A stretch of DNA of 64,000 bases. It comes from Anthoceros angustus. Its lineage: Eukaryota; Plantae; Anthocerotophyta. Positions 25,343 through 35,749 of the stretch are shown here, in pieces. The stretch's first letter is position 1, and every line of letters begins with the position of its first letter. A program made the position numbers and the translations under genes. The DNA lies in NCBI GenBank assembly GCA_010909165.1, contig VJWM01000255.1:62001-126000 (forward strand), given 5' to 3'. The notes beneath the pieces were generated by a model. The model saw only the letters and a program-made list of their open reading frames with translations. It was not told the DNA's origin and made no database searches.

Positions 25343-25622
25343 TTGGTGAGTTTGTATCTCTGGAGGATTCTGGGAATCACGGTCTTGGCTTCCATGGAGC
25401 GGAAGTTGAGCCCCAGACAAATCCGTGGCCCAGCGCTGAAAGGGATGTAGACCAGCGCGTTTCGGGAGGTTGCCGCGGACACTTCGTGGGGCTTGAAATC
25501 CAAGTAGTCATCGCCCCAAATCTCCGGCAACTGATGCATCACGACGATGGGAATTTGCACAAATGTGCCAGGAAGCATCTCCATGTTCCCAAGCTTGTGC
25601 CGCTCCTTCACCACCCGTGACA
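25343..25622 (-). pseudogene. Cytochrome P450 C-terminal fragment (CYP72-clan-like)
   Basis: 'RVVKERHKLGNMEMLPGTFVQIPIVVMHQLPEIWGDDYLDFKP...YIPFSAGPRICLGLNF..MEAK': intact heme-binding FxxGxRxCxG, damaged PERF motif, and no N-terminal ~350 aa. Confidence 0.88.
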
Positions 25623-26343
25623 AGCTGCAGGCCGCCCCGGCCCCGCTGCGTTCGGCCGCGCCTCGGCCTCGCCTGTCCGCGCCCTCCCGTCCCGCGGCCT
25701 CGACCCGTCCGCGCGCTTCGACCCGCGCCCTCCCGTCCTCGCACCTCCCCACCCCGCCTCCCACAACACCACGCCCTCCCCGCGTCCCGTGCCCTCCCGC
25801 CACACCACGCCCTCGCATCCCCGCGCCCTCCTCGTCGTCGCCTCCCGTCCTCGCACCCTCCCCGCCACAGCGCACCTCCCGTCCCTACCCACCCGCTCCC
25901 GACGCCAGGCCATGCCCTTCCCCACCCACCATTCTGTTCCCCGTCCACTGCGCCCCCATCCCAATCCGATTCCCGCTCTTGGATCCCTCTCCCGCTACCT
26001 TTAGATCGCTCCTGGCTTCCGCTCCCCGCTTCCTTCAGATCCTCGCTCTTGGCTTCCGCTCCACTCTTGGCTTCTGCTCCATGTTTATATGTTTGTCTTT
26101 GGCTTTCGTTTGTTTGAAACAGCCTAAGTTTAGTTCATACTCCTCGCGCACAGTTCTGAAATTAAGCATGGTTTATATCACAACCTCGTTGTGGTGTGGG
26201 TGCGCATACTAGGGTTGTGCCGTGCGTGCTCGGTAAAATACGGCAGTGACCGGCCCTGTATGGACCGTTACTGGTGTTGTGTGCAGTGCATACTATGATG
26301 AGAGAGAAATCGTGATACGTGGGGCATGGCATGCCACATGATA

Positions 26344-26885
26344 CAGTCCACCCCCCCTAATTGGGACTGGATCGGAGTGCCTTTAGAGGTCCCATTAAGG
26401 GAGGTGTCCCGATTATATTTTCCCTATTTAAAAATAATAAAAATATTATAAAATCTAAAAAATCAAAAAATACCCAAAAACAAAGAAAATTTTAAATTTT
26501 GATTGATAGGTTTCACTAAAAATAACTTTTACCACTTCTCTATATAGTTGTTTGAAAGCTAGCGCTTTCTCTAAGCAACATCAAAAAACCTATACCTATC
26601 ATAAAGGAAAAAGCTTAGCTTAAGAGTCTTCAATCACACCTAAAAGTCTATTGTGCTTTGAAATTATCGATTCTTTTTTCTTTCTTTTTTAATTTTTTTT
26701 AGTAAAAAAAATAGAAATCCCATTTAGGGAGGTGAAACTAACATGAATGTATGTTTCAAAAGGTCCCAATTATCATTTAGGGAAAAATCCCATTTATTAC
26801 ATTGTAAACTAAAGGGAGTAGGATGGGAGGTCCCATTTAGAGAGGAATCCCATTTATAGAGTTCCCAATTAGGGGGGGCCGACTG
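26344..26885. mobile_element. Tc1/mariner(pogo)-type MITE, 542 bp, TA target-site duplication
   Basis: TA|CAGTCCACCCCCCCTAATTGGGAC ... GTTCCCAATTAGGGGGGGCCGACTG|TA, with an AT-rich core and repeated tccca(t/a)tta subterminal motifs. Confidence 0.88.
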
Positions 26886-27989
26886 TATTCTATACACGTG
26901 AAGCATTAATTGCTTCGGAGATTGAGACGCAGGCGTGTGGCCTCGACCGCAAGTCCACCGGGAACTATGTGCGTAGATATTATTAAGTATAATATAGATA
27001 ACCACGCATCATGGCATCTGACGCCACTTCATGAAGGCACGAGTATAGTCTCTGGCACGAGTATAGTCTCTTCCTGTTGGGATGATACGATGTGTAACAT
27101 AGGGGAATCCGAACCCTTGCTGAAGATTTCTCCCCCGGGGTTGTTTTGATTTATTTTTAAAATACTAAATTAAAAAAAAATCTGACGCCACTTGGCACAA
27201 GGTCATGCCATGTGGCAGTATTCACGCCACGTAATCGTATTATATATTTCTCAGTATAGTATACGGAACCCCGGTTTGTACGCGGGGAGCTGCAGCATGT
27301 GCAAGCCCGCAGGTTGGGTTGAGGACGAATAGTCGACACCGAAAAAAAACGAAAAAAGCTTGGGTTGAAGAACAGGTCGTTCGCTTGGATAGGCAGATTG
27401 CCTTGGTGGCTCCACTTGGACGGATAAGCTCGAACCTGGCAGGCGTGTCAGCATCGGAAATACGTAACTGCTGGAACCGGATGCATATATGTTATGTCGG
27501 CAGGCTAGGGGAAGCTTTCTGAGGCCGTTGGAGCCCTGGCATTGCTGGCGCAGACAGACTCAGCTATATCTCAAGAACTCTGTGCAGAGAATAAGGGTTT
27601 GGTTGTGTATTGTGTGGCGACGAGTGCCTCACCAGCTCACTGTCAAACTTGGGTACCACATTTCGACTGGGGAATCCTATCTTGCGGATGTATGCATGTG
27701 GAGATAGGCTTCAGAAGGCTGCATTGATGTGATTCACAAGCGTAGGCAAACCAAATTTTTCCATGTGATGTACCTGCACTGCTTATGGACAACCCAAATG
27801 TCTCCATGTGCACTTTAATTGGTTGCACAGTGTCCTCTTCACCTGTTTGTTGGCACCTACCCGGTGGACATGCATGCAAAATTGGGGAACTGGAAGATGA
27901 CCGCAGGGTTTTGGGCGCTTGGCCATAAAAGTTCCGTTGACACGGACCGTGCTGATTGCTGGGTATTCCCAGCAAGAGCTCGGACATAA

Positions 27990-28285
27990 GGCACTAGTAA
28001 TCCTGGAGTGGTTTATTATGTCGATGGAATCCTCTCCTCCCTTGTAGATAGAAGGACATCGCATCGTTACAGAAGTTAATCGCATTGATGATCAGGTCGA
28101 GGACCATCGGATAAAGCTGGTTGTAGAAGAAATAGTCCTCTTGCGAGGCAGAGCCCGAGGACGATGTGTGCATGATGACGATGTATGTGTGACCTCAACA
28201 TGCCGGACTTGTAGCGCGCGAGGAATCTGGGGAGCTGAGTCATATATGTCAGGACTGTGCTGAATCGGATGCCCTCGGATGCTCC
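27990..28285 (-). pseudogene. MTPSL pseudogene fragment (C-terminal half)
   Basis: Frameshifted 'HPIQHSPD..QLPRFL.RYKSG...SSSGSASQEDYFFYNQLYPMV.DL...NFCNDAMSFY...EDSIDIINHSRI', homologous to 30543-31823. Confidence 0.88.
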
Positions 28286-28295
28286 TCATTTTCCA

Positions 28296-28690
28296 CATCA
28301 ACCGTGGGTGTCTGTTGCCTCCTTGCCAGATGGGTTGCTTTTCCTGGCTGGCTTACGTTTTGTGAATCGTCCCCCGTAGAGAGGAGAAGGTTGCGAGCCT
28401 GCTGGCGGCTGCAGTGGCTGCATTCTGGCCATGGAGGAGCTCCGAACCTTTATGATAGGCTTGTCCCCTGAACCGTGCCTCTTATTTTGGTGGTCCCTTG
28501 GATCGGGCAGCAGCCCATTTTCTTGTATTTGGCAGGTTGAGAGAAACAAGGCAGCTTTGGATGCGTCAGCTCTGTTGTTGGGAGCATCCAGGTGCCTCTT
28601 CAAATACATCTCCGACGAGCTACTAGGTCTCCCGCAGGAACAGGGTGAAGCTTCACCTTATTCTAATGGCATGCCATCAACATCCGTCTC
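28296..28690 (+). pseudogene. Duplicated fragment of the EF-hand gene (copy of ~21608-22010)
   Basis: Near-identical DNA: atcaaccgtgggtg...ccagatgggttgctt...atggaggagct...caggaacagggtgaa. Confidence 0.85.
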
Positions 28691-29314
28691 TTCCCGATGA
28701 CGTAAAGCGACCTCAAGACCTGGACATGAGAGAGAAACAGGCAATCGTCGTGGACAGATCTAGAGTCGAACCCTTCCAAGTTTTGTTCTCCCTTCGACAT
28801 GGTTGCGGAAACTGATACCAGGGCTCTCCCAATCGTCGGACTCGATTTCGTGTGTTTATATTTCAGAGACATGATGTGCTCCATTTCGTGTCTGTGATTG
28901 AGACATGATGTATCGTTCTACTTACATACCTACATTGCATGAAAAAATGTCACCCCTGGTGTCGGAAGGTCTCATCAAATGCTTCCTCAAAGTCGACAAA
29001 GCAAAATTATACAAGCTTCCCCACACATGCCCTCCTCCACCATCCCCTCTGGAATGAGCCATCTCATGCCTGGATCCGCCATAGCCTGGATGCACCCGGT
29101 TCCCTATAGCCGTTTTTTTACCGTGACCACGGTTCTGCCTGGTTGGGGACGTTTTCTCAACCATTCCTTGCGTCCTGCCCCGCGCTGGATGCGCCTTTTC
29201 ATCGCGGTCAATACGGTACAGACCGTGGCTTTCTGCTTTGAAAATAGGGGGCACACAAAATGGGTGGGGCATCCCGCCTCATGGTTTCGCGGTGAGCAAG
29301 CTTCTCGTCTCTGG

Positions 29315-30410
29315 GATAGTCTTGTGAATGGTGCCCCGCAGAGGAGCAAGTGGGGAGCCTGGTGGCGGCGGCAGAGGCCAGAAGAGCTGCCCGCCTTTAT
29401 GGTAGGTCTTGTCTCCTGAACCGTGCCTCGTTTTGGTACTCCCTTGGAGCGGGCGGCAGCTCATTATCTTGCATCTGGCAGGCTGAAAGAAACAAGGCAG
29501 CTTTTGATGCAGTCAACTTTTTGTCCGGATGGAAGGGAGCATCAAGGTGAGTCTTCAGACACATCTCCGTTGAGCTACTAGGTCTCCAGCAGCGACAGGG
29601 TGAACCGCCTCCTTAGTCTGATTGTTCGCCATCAGCATTCACAATGCCGAGTCTTGCCCACAAGGAGGAATGAGGGGAGCCGGTGCTGAATTCGAAGGCT
29701 ATGTGGGATGGGTGGGAGCCTCGGTGGCCTGGTGACTGTGGACCAGGTGACCCCTAGCAGCTACCAGCTTGCCTTGCCCTTGCCCGAGTTTCTTCCGCTT
29801 TGAGAAACAGGATGCATTGAACACAGCCTGCTGGCAAGGTCACGAATTTGTGCAGCAATTCGCCAGTGCGGAAAGGAACTCATTTCTGGCCGAACACGGT
29901 GCTATTGAACCACCTATCATGTACTTACAGCCTGCAGTGAGTAAAGCCAAGATTGATCATCTTACAAGTGCAAAGCTGGTCAGGGCTGCCCTGCTGTTAA
30001 GCCAGGTACTGCACGTTAGTGTGTATTTTCTGTTTCTCCATAGCAACTTGATTGATCTTCTCAAGTTGTGACTGTTCTTTCCTGCTTCTTTGCAGTTATG
30101 TACTCTGGTATCCAATCTTGTCCATCCATGTGAGACGATGGAGAATACTACAGGTGGCTGTGAGTGTACGGCCTGTATTGCTGAAACCGCCCGTGCGCTC
30201 TCCCGGATGCCGATGTCTCAGCATGCTGAGCCAGCTCTTTGTTTTTTGTTTTGTCCAGCCTTCCTGAGATGGATTCTAACATGGTAAAGCTAAATTTTAA
30301 GTCGATGAAAGTCAAAACGTAACGGCCAACCAGAAACCAGAACGGAGTGTGAAGAGTCATCATCTTCAACGATACATAGATACATTACCTTGGAAATGGA
30401 TATTAGAGTT
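29315..30410 (+). pseudogene. Duplicated, internally deleted fragment of the EF-hand gene plus its 3' flank (copy of ~21680-23430)
   Basis: Shared blocks: tgccccgcagaggagcaag, cctcggtggcctggtgactgtgga, gcaaagctggtcagggctg, catcatcttc..cgata. Confidence 0.85.
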
Positions 30411-30542
30411 AAGTGAGATTTCATACTTATCTAACAATCATCATTACCACACCCACATTGCACTTTCTGCTCGTTCTCAATCTGGATAGTACAGAAGTAG
30501 CTGCAGTGAGCACACTCTGATTGTCTTGTACGTGTTGAAAGC

Positions 30543-31823
30543 CTATGCCCAGAAGCCGCCGTCATACCACCCACCCAGAACTTCGTCCAGTCGATACCGT
30601 TTGATCCCGATATGCCAACTCATGTATCCCTGAAAGAATTTCACAATCCTGTCCTTGATTGCATCAGAACCCGTCCTATCGGCCAGGGCCATCACTCTTG
30701 TCCTCGCCAGGATGACAGCCTCCACTCTGTCCCGAAGAGAGTGAAGAAGCGGCAGGCTGTGAATCCTGGAGTGGCTCACAATGCCGATGGCGTCCTCTCC
30801 TTGCTGTAGCTCCTTGTAGAAGGACAACACATCGTTGCCGAAGTCGAAACAATCCATGAGGTCGGGAACCATCGGATACAGGCTGTTGTAAAAGAATCGG
30901 TCATCTTGCGACGCAGAGTTCGAGGACGATGGTTGCATGATGACGAAGTATGCGTAGACCTCAGCTATGCCAGACTTGTAGCGGAAGAACCTGGGGAGCT
31001 GAGGCATGTCAGAAGTGTACTCAATCGGATGCTCCTCATAGTGCTGCTCCTGCAGGTTGGCCTCCATGAAGTCAAACATGGCCTTGATCATGAGGCTGTG
31101 CAGCCGGATGTCCGTGGGCAAGAAGGGGTTCTGGTCCGTCTTGAGGAAGACGATGAATTTCTCCAGCACCTCGTGCAGGTCGCCCCGGCCGGGGTACCGC
31201 CTCGCGTATCCCTCTGGGTCGGTGAACTTCATCTGAAACAAGCGCAAGTCCTCCAGGTATCTCTCTCGCGCCGCCCCTTTCAGATTCCCTGCCAGATCGT
31301 CCACGAATATGGCCAGAGCCGTGAAATGTCCGATCTTTGCTTGCAGGTCGACCGGGTGGAAGCTGTATATTAGATTACCAAAGCCAGCGGCCACTTTGAT
31401 TAACCCTTCCGGCAGGTGGGATCCGCCGTTTGCTTTCAGCCCTGCGGCGACGGTGTCCAGCAGCTCAGGGTAGCAGAACTGCGGGGACTTGGAGAAGGAC
31501 ACGCTTTGCAGGAAATCAATATACACACGCCTCAGCACGCTGGTGTTCATGCCACCGCCACCTTCATCGCTCCTCACAGGCCTGCCAACGGGAGCATTCT
31601 TGGCAGGAGCAGCGGACTCTTCCTGGCGTCTCATAGAAACAGAAAGAGAATCAACACGCGGGGCCTTGTGCTTCAAGCTGGAAGCAACTGGAAGTCTCAA
31701 GACCAAAGAATTCGCAGCGGCTTGTTCTTGTTGTAGCAAAGCAACTGCCCTGCAGCTCCTGCTACTTGTAAAGACACACATCGATATCACACTGGCCGTG
31801 GCCGTTAACCTGCACACATCCAT
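30543..31823 (-). CDS. Microbial terpene synthase-like protein (fungal trichodiene-synthase/Tri5 fold), intronless, 426 aa; MTPSL copy 1
   Basis: Asp-rich 'IFVDDLAG', sensor Arg 'FRYKSG', NSE motif 'NDVLSFYKE', C-terminal 'KRYRL'. About 90 aa of Ser/Ala/Arg-rich N-terminal extension. The ATG was chosen by homology with copy 2 (MDVCRL). Confidence 0.92.
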   Translation of the reverse strand: MDVCRLTATASVISMCVFTSSRSCRAVALLQQEQAAANSLVLRLPVASSLKHKAPRVDSLSVSMRRQEESAAPAKNAPVGRPVRSDEGGGGMNTSVLRRVYIDFLQSVSFSKSPQFCYPELLDTVAAGLKANGGSHLPEGLIKVAAGFGNLIYSFHPVDLQAKIGHFTALAIFVDDLAGNLKGAARERYLEDLRLFQMKFTDPEGYARRYPGRGDLHEVLEKFIVFLKTDQNPFLPTDIRLHSLMIKAMFDFMEANLQEQHYEEHPIEYTSDMPQLPRFFRYKSGIAEVYAYFVIMQPSSSNSASQDDRFFYNSLYPMVPDLMDCFDFGNDVLSFYKELQQGEDAIGIVSHSRIHSLPLLHSLRDRVEAVILARTRVMALADRTGSDAIKDRIVKFFQGYMSWHIGIKRYRLDEVLGGWYDGGFWA

Positions 31824-32327
31824 ATTGGGCCCAAGAATATACAAGGAACAAAACAATATACAGGGCCTCAGCACAAAGAGGCAGCGTCTGTACTCTCCTC
31901 TGCCAGTTGGTGGGCACTGGGCACACATGATCTCACCTATTATACGTACTCTCCTCTTCCACTTGGTGAGCACTGGGCAGACATAATCTCACCTGTTATA
32001 TTATATTATATTATATTATATATATTTTTTCGGGAAGACGGTATGCTGAAACGATTCTTGGCAAGAACGATATGCTGAAACGATTCTTGGCAAGAACCTC
32101 CAAGGTTCTGGACAGAAGACAAAAAAGAAATGGAAGAAGAATTTTATTGAAGTCCACTAAGGACAGACTTTCTAGGAATGGCCCTTTCGAGATTCCCGAC
32201 CCCTGACATATGTTACTGTATCGCTCCACCCCTTTCACATATTCCCAGGCAGCGGACTGCATCTGTACTTGTCCTTACATAAGCGCCGGCCTTTCACATA
32301 TTCCCAGGCAGCGGACTGCATCTGTAC

Positions 32328-32764
32328 CAGGGTGTCATTTTGACCGAGTACTAGCTCAGTCCCCGGGACCGCCTAGCCTGGCTACGCTCGGTCCCGGACC
32401 GAGCAGGGACCGTGCCTTTTTGCGACCCTTGGTCATTAAATATAATAAATATTAAATAAATAATTTATAAATAATAATATAAAAGACTGCAGACTGCGGA
32501 GTCCACAGGCTGCAGCCCAGCCGGCAGACTGCAAACTGCGTCCATAATAAGATGTCCATGTGTCCATAATAAATATAAATCCTTGGATATAAAATTAAAT
32601 AATTTACTAATTTTAAACCGTACCTTTTATGAACCCTCGGTCCCATAAGGTAATAGGAGACCGAGGGTGGGGACCGGACTCCTGAAGAACCTCCGGTCCC
32701 GTGTTTTTTTTAACACATGCCGGGACCGGGACCGAGCTTGGGACGGGGTCAAAATGACACCCTG
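32328..32764. mobile_element. hAT-family MITE, 437 bp, perfect 18-bp TIRs and 8-bp TSD
   Basis: ATCTGTAC|CAGGGTGTCATTTTGACC ... GGTCAAAATGACACCCTG|ATCTGTAC, with GGGACC/GGTCCC subterminal motifs. Confidence 0.95.
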
Positions 32765-32869
32765 ATCTGTACTTGTCCTTACGTTAGCGCCCGCCTGGCT
32801 GCGCCACCCAGCACCTATGCCGCGCACCTTGACACCAACTGCAGGCAGTGCCCAGCCCAACTTGTCGGG

Positions 32870-34745
32870 CAGGGGGCAGGAGGCATGGGGCAGGGGGCAG
32901 GCGGTTTATTTGTCGGCAATATGACCAAGAATCTCCTAATATGGAATACCGATGTGGTCACTCAGCATCGTGTGTGTGACTTTGTTTTTTATGGGTGTAC
33001 GCTACGGAAACATCTTTCATATACTTACGTACAATACACATATAATACGTGCCACATCAGCTTGTGTAGTTTACGCGGGGCAAAGCTTTTCTAGGACACG
33101 ATGATAGCATGGTGTTCCGATTGCGTCATGCACATGTTTTCTTTTTAGGGTTTTGGGGTTCCATGTTAAACAGACGGCCAAGACACACATACTGCACCTC
33201 CATATGGGGCAGGCCTAGGAAACGTTGCAGTCCTGTATACAGCCAATGCCAAACATTGCAGCCTTGCACGTAAAGGCAAAGGCACTCAGCCGCGCCGCAA
33301 ACATAGATGATGAGTGTAGCACAAATGCAATTGCAAACGGTAAGCGCAGCGCAAACGCAACCACTCACATATAGCGCCCAGTGCCGTAATGGCGCGCAAT
33401 GCAAATGACCCCAAACTCAACCCTAAACCCAAGAGATGAAAATTTTCTGTGTATCGTGAAAGCTTTGTGTGCATCATGGGGTAGGTTGACAACATCGGTG
33501 CACTGGGGGCCGCAGCCCCGACCGATGAGGTCATGCGTGACATACCGAAATAGTTCCGCCGTATGCAGCGGGACTATTTCTTTTTGTCCACAACCCTAAA
33601 AACCTGTGGATGCCGCGTGACCAGATCGGTATTCCATACTCCTATGTCTACATCGATGTGGACTTTTTAATGATTCCTTTCCGTATGCAGGGAGGCTTTC
33701 AAGGATACCATCTCTTATTGCATGTTGCTCCTCAGCCACATGGAAGGCTTAGAGCGCCGGCCAGCCGGCACCCAGATTGCGGATGCCCAAGACACACATT
33801 GCGGAGAGGCGATGGGCGGCGGGCGGAGGCATGGGGCGGGCGGCGGTTTATTTGTCGGCAATATGACCAAGAATCTCCTAATATGGAATACCGATGTGGT
33901 CACTCAAAGATCGTGTGTGACTTTGTTTTTATGGGTGTACGCCTTTTAAACATCTTTCATATACTTACGTACAATACACATATAATACGTGCCACATCAG
34001 CTTGTGTAGTTCACAGGCAAAGCTTTTCTAGGACACGATGATAGCATGGTGTTCCGATTGCGTCATGCACATGTTTTCTTTTTAGGGTTTTGGGGTTCCA
34101 TGTTAAACAGACGGCCAAGACACACATACTGCACCTCCATATGGGGCAGGCCTAGGAAACGCGCCTGTGATATGTAATGCCAAACATTGCGCCTTGCACG
34201 TAAAGGCAAAGGCACTCACGCTACAATAAACATAGATGATGAGTGTAGCACAAATGCAATTGCAAGCGGTAAGCGCAGCAAACGCAACCACTCACATATA
34301 GCGCCCGGTGTAATGGCGCGCAATGCAAATGACCCCAAACTCAACCTAAACCCAAGAGATGAAAATTTTACATGTATCGTGAAAGCTTTGTGTGCATCAT
34401 GGGGTAGGTTGACAACATTTGCTTGGGGCCAGCCACCGATGAGGTCATGCGTGACATCGAAATAGTTCCGCCGTATGCGGACTATTTCTTTTGTCCACAA
34501 CCCTAAAACTGTGGATGCCGCGTCATTTCCAGATTCCATACTCCTATGTCTACATCGATGTGGACTTTTTAATGATTCCTTTCCGTATGCAGGGAGGCTT
34601 TCAAGGATACCATCTCTTATTGCATGTTGCTCCTCAGCCACATGGAAGGCTTAGAGCGCCGCCACCGGCGGCACCTGATTGGATGCCCAAGACACACATC
34701 GCACTCCATATGGGGCGGGCGGGAGGCATGGGGCGGGCGGGAGGT
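32870..34745. repeat. ~940-bp tandem duplication (2 copies) of TE-like sequence
   Basis: ggtttatttgtcggcaatatgaccaagaatc occurs at 32903 and 33845. The second copy is colinear but carries many 1-3 bp deletions. Confidence 0.92.
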
Positions 34746-35749
34746 CGAGGGGGACGACCCATGGAGGGGCCTACAGTGTCCTCCAGATTCACGGGTATGA
34801 AGACAGGGACTCGTGTGGGAAATGAAGGCAGGGTGGGAACGATGCAACAGGTTATAGTAGTCGGTCATAAACCGAGGCTCCAGTTGGCGGCAAAAAGAAA
34901 AAAGAAGTCCAAGAAGGATACAGGGAGTGAAGCTCATCAGGATAACATAGCGATTGTGCATGTGCGGACAAATGAAGAAGGACTCGAAGATGCCATTCCG
35001 GAATCGGAGCCATTGACAAGAATCAGGGACTCTAACAGCGTCTGTGTAGAAAGGGGTTTCTCCTGTCAAAAGGGGTTTTGGAAAAAATCCCCACCCTATT
35101 TCGCCGGAAATTGAAGTTGTTTTTGTAAAATTGTTGGTTTTTGTAGGTCTTCATCCATCGGTTTCGGGAATTCTCGGCTCCGGCACCACTTCCTGTCAAG
35201 TCATTTACACCGCGCTGGCGCCTTGTACTCAGGTTCATGGCGATTTGGTCAGTGTGATGAAGGGCCAGTGACCTCATTGTTCTACAATTTCGTCATGTCC
35301 GTAGTTTCTGCATTTTGTGTGGTTTTGTATGTTTTTGTATACCAGGGGGGCCTAAGCGCGCATAAGTGCGCGCCTAAATAACGCTATGCGCAAACTTGTG
35401 CACGCACTGTGCAAAAAGAACGCAAAAAATGATCTTCTAATGGAGAAACATGTCCTTTTGGAGGTCTGAGGATGTGTCGGAACTCCCGACAAAATAAGAA
35501 GTAGTAGACATCGGCGGAGGTTTACCGAGACTGCTCTCATATATCTATCTTATGTCCTAATGCGACGAAGAACACCCTATCCCCTTTTTATCCTTTACGG
35601 TATTTCCGTCTCTTGCGGCAGTGATCTAGTACCGGGTTATCATCAAACATGCCAGGGGGGCCCAGCTGGGTGAACAAGTGCGTGCACCAGGGGGCAAGGG
35701 GGCCCAGGTGTGCGCACCAGGGGGCAAGGAGGCCCAGGTGCGCGCACCA

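Noticed and set aside
25547-26212. Pro/Arg-rich 221-aa ORF, and the Gly/Arg-rich N-terminus of ORF 25198..25875
   Set aside because: Low-complexity GC-rich tract that lacks stops by composition. Only the P450 portion has real homology.
31824-31973. Extra 50 N-terminal codons of the 476-aa ORF
   Set aside because: The ORF begins at a non-ATG codon, overlaps the TATA-like region and is not conserved in copy 2. MDVCRL is the shared start.
30906-31986. Plus-strand ORFs opposite the MTPSL genes (also 38604-39633 and 43083-43853)
   Set aside because: Antisense shadows, conserved only because the sense genes are duplicated.
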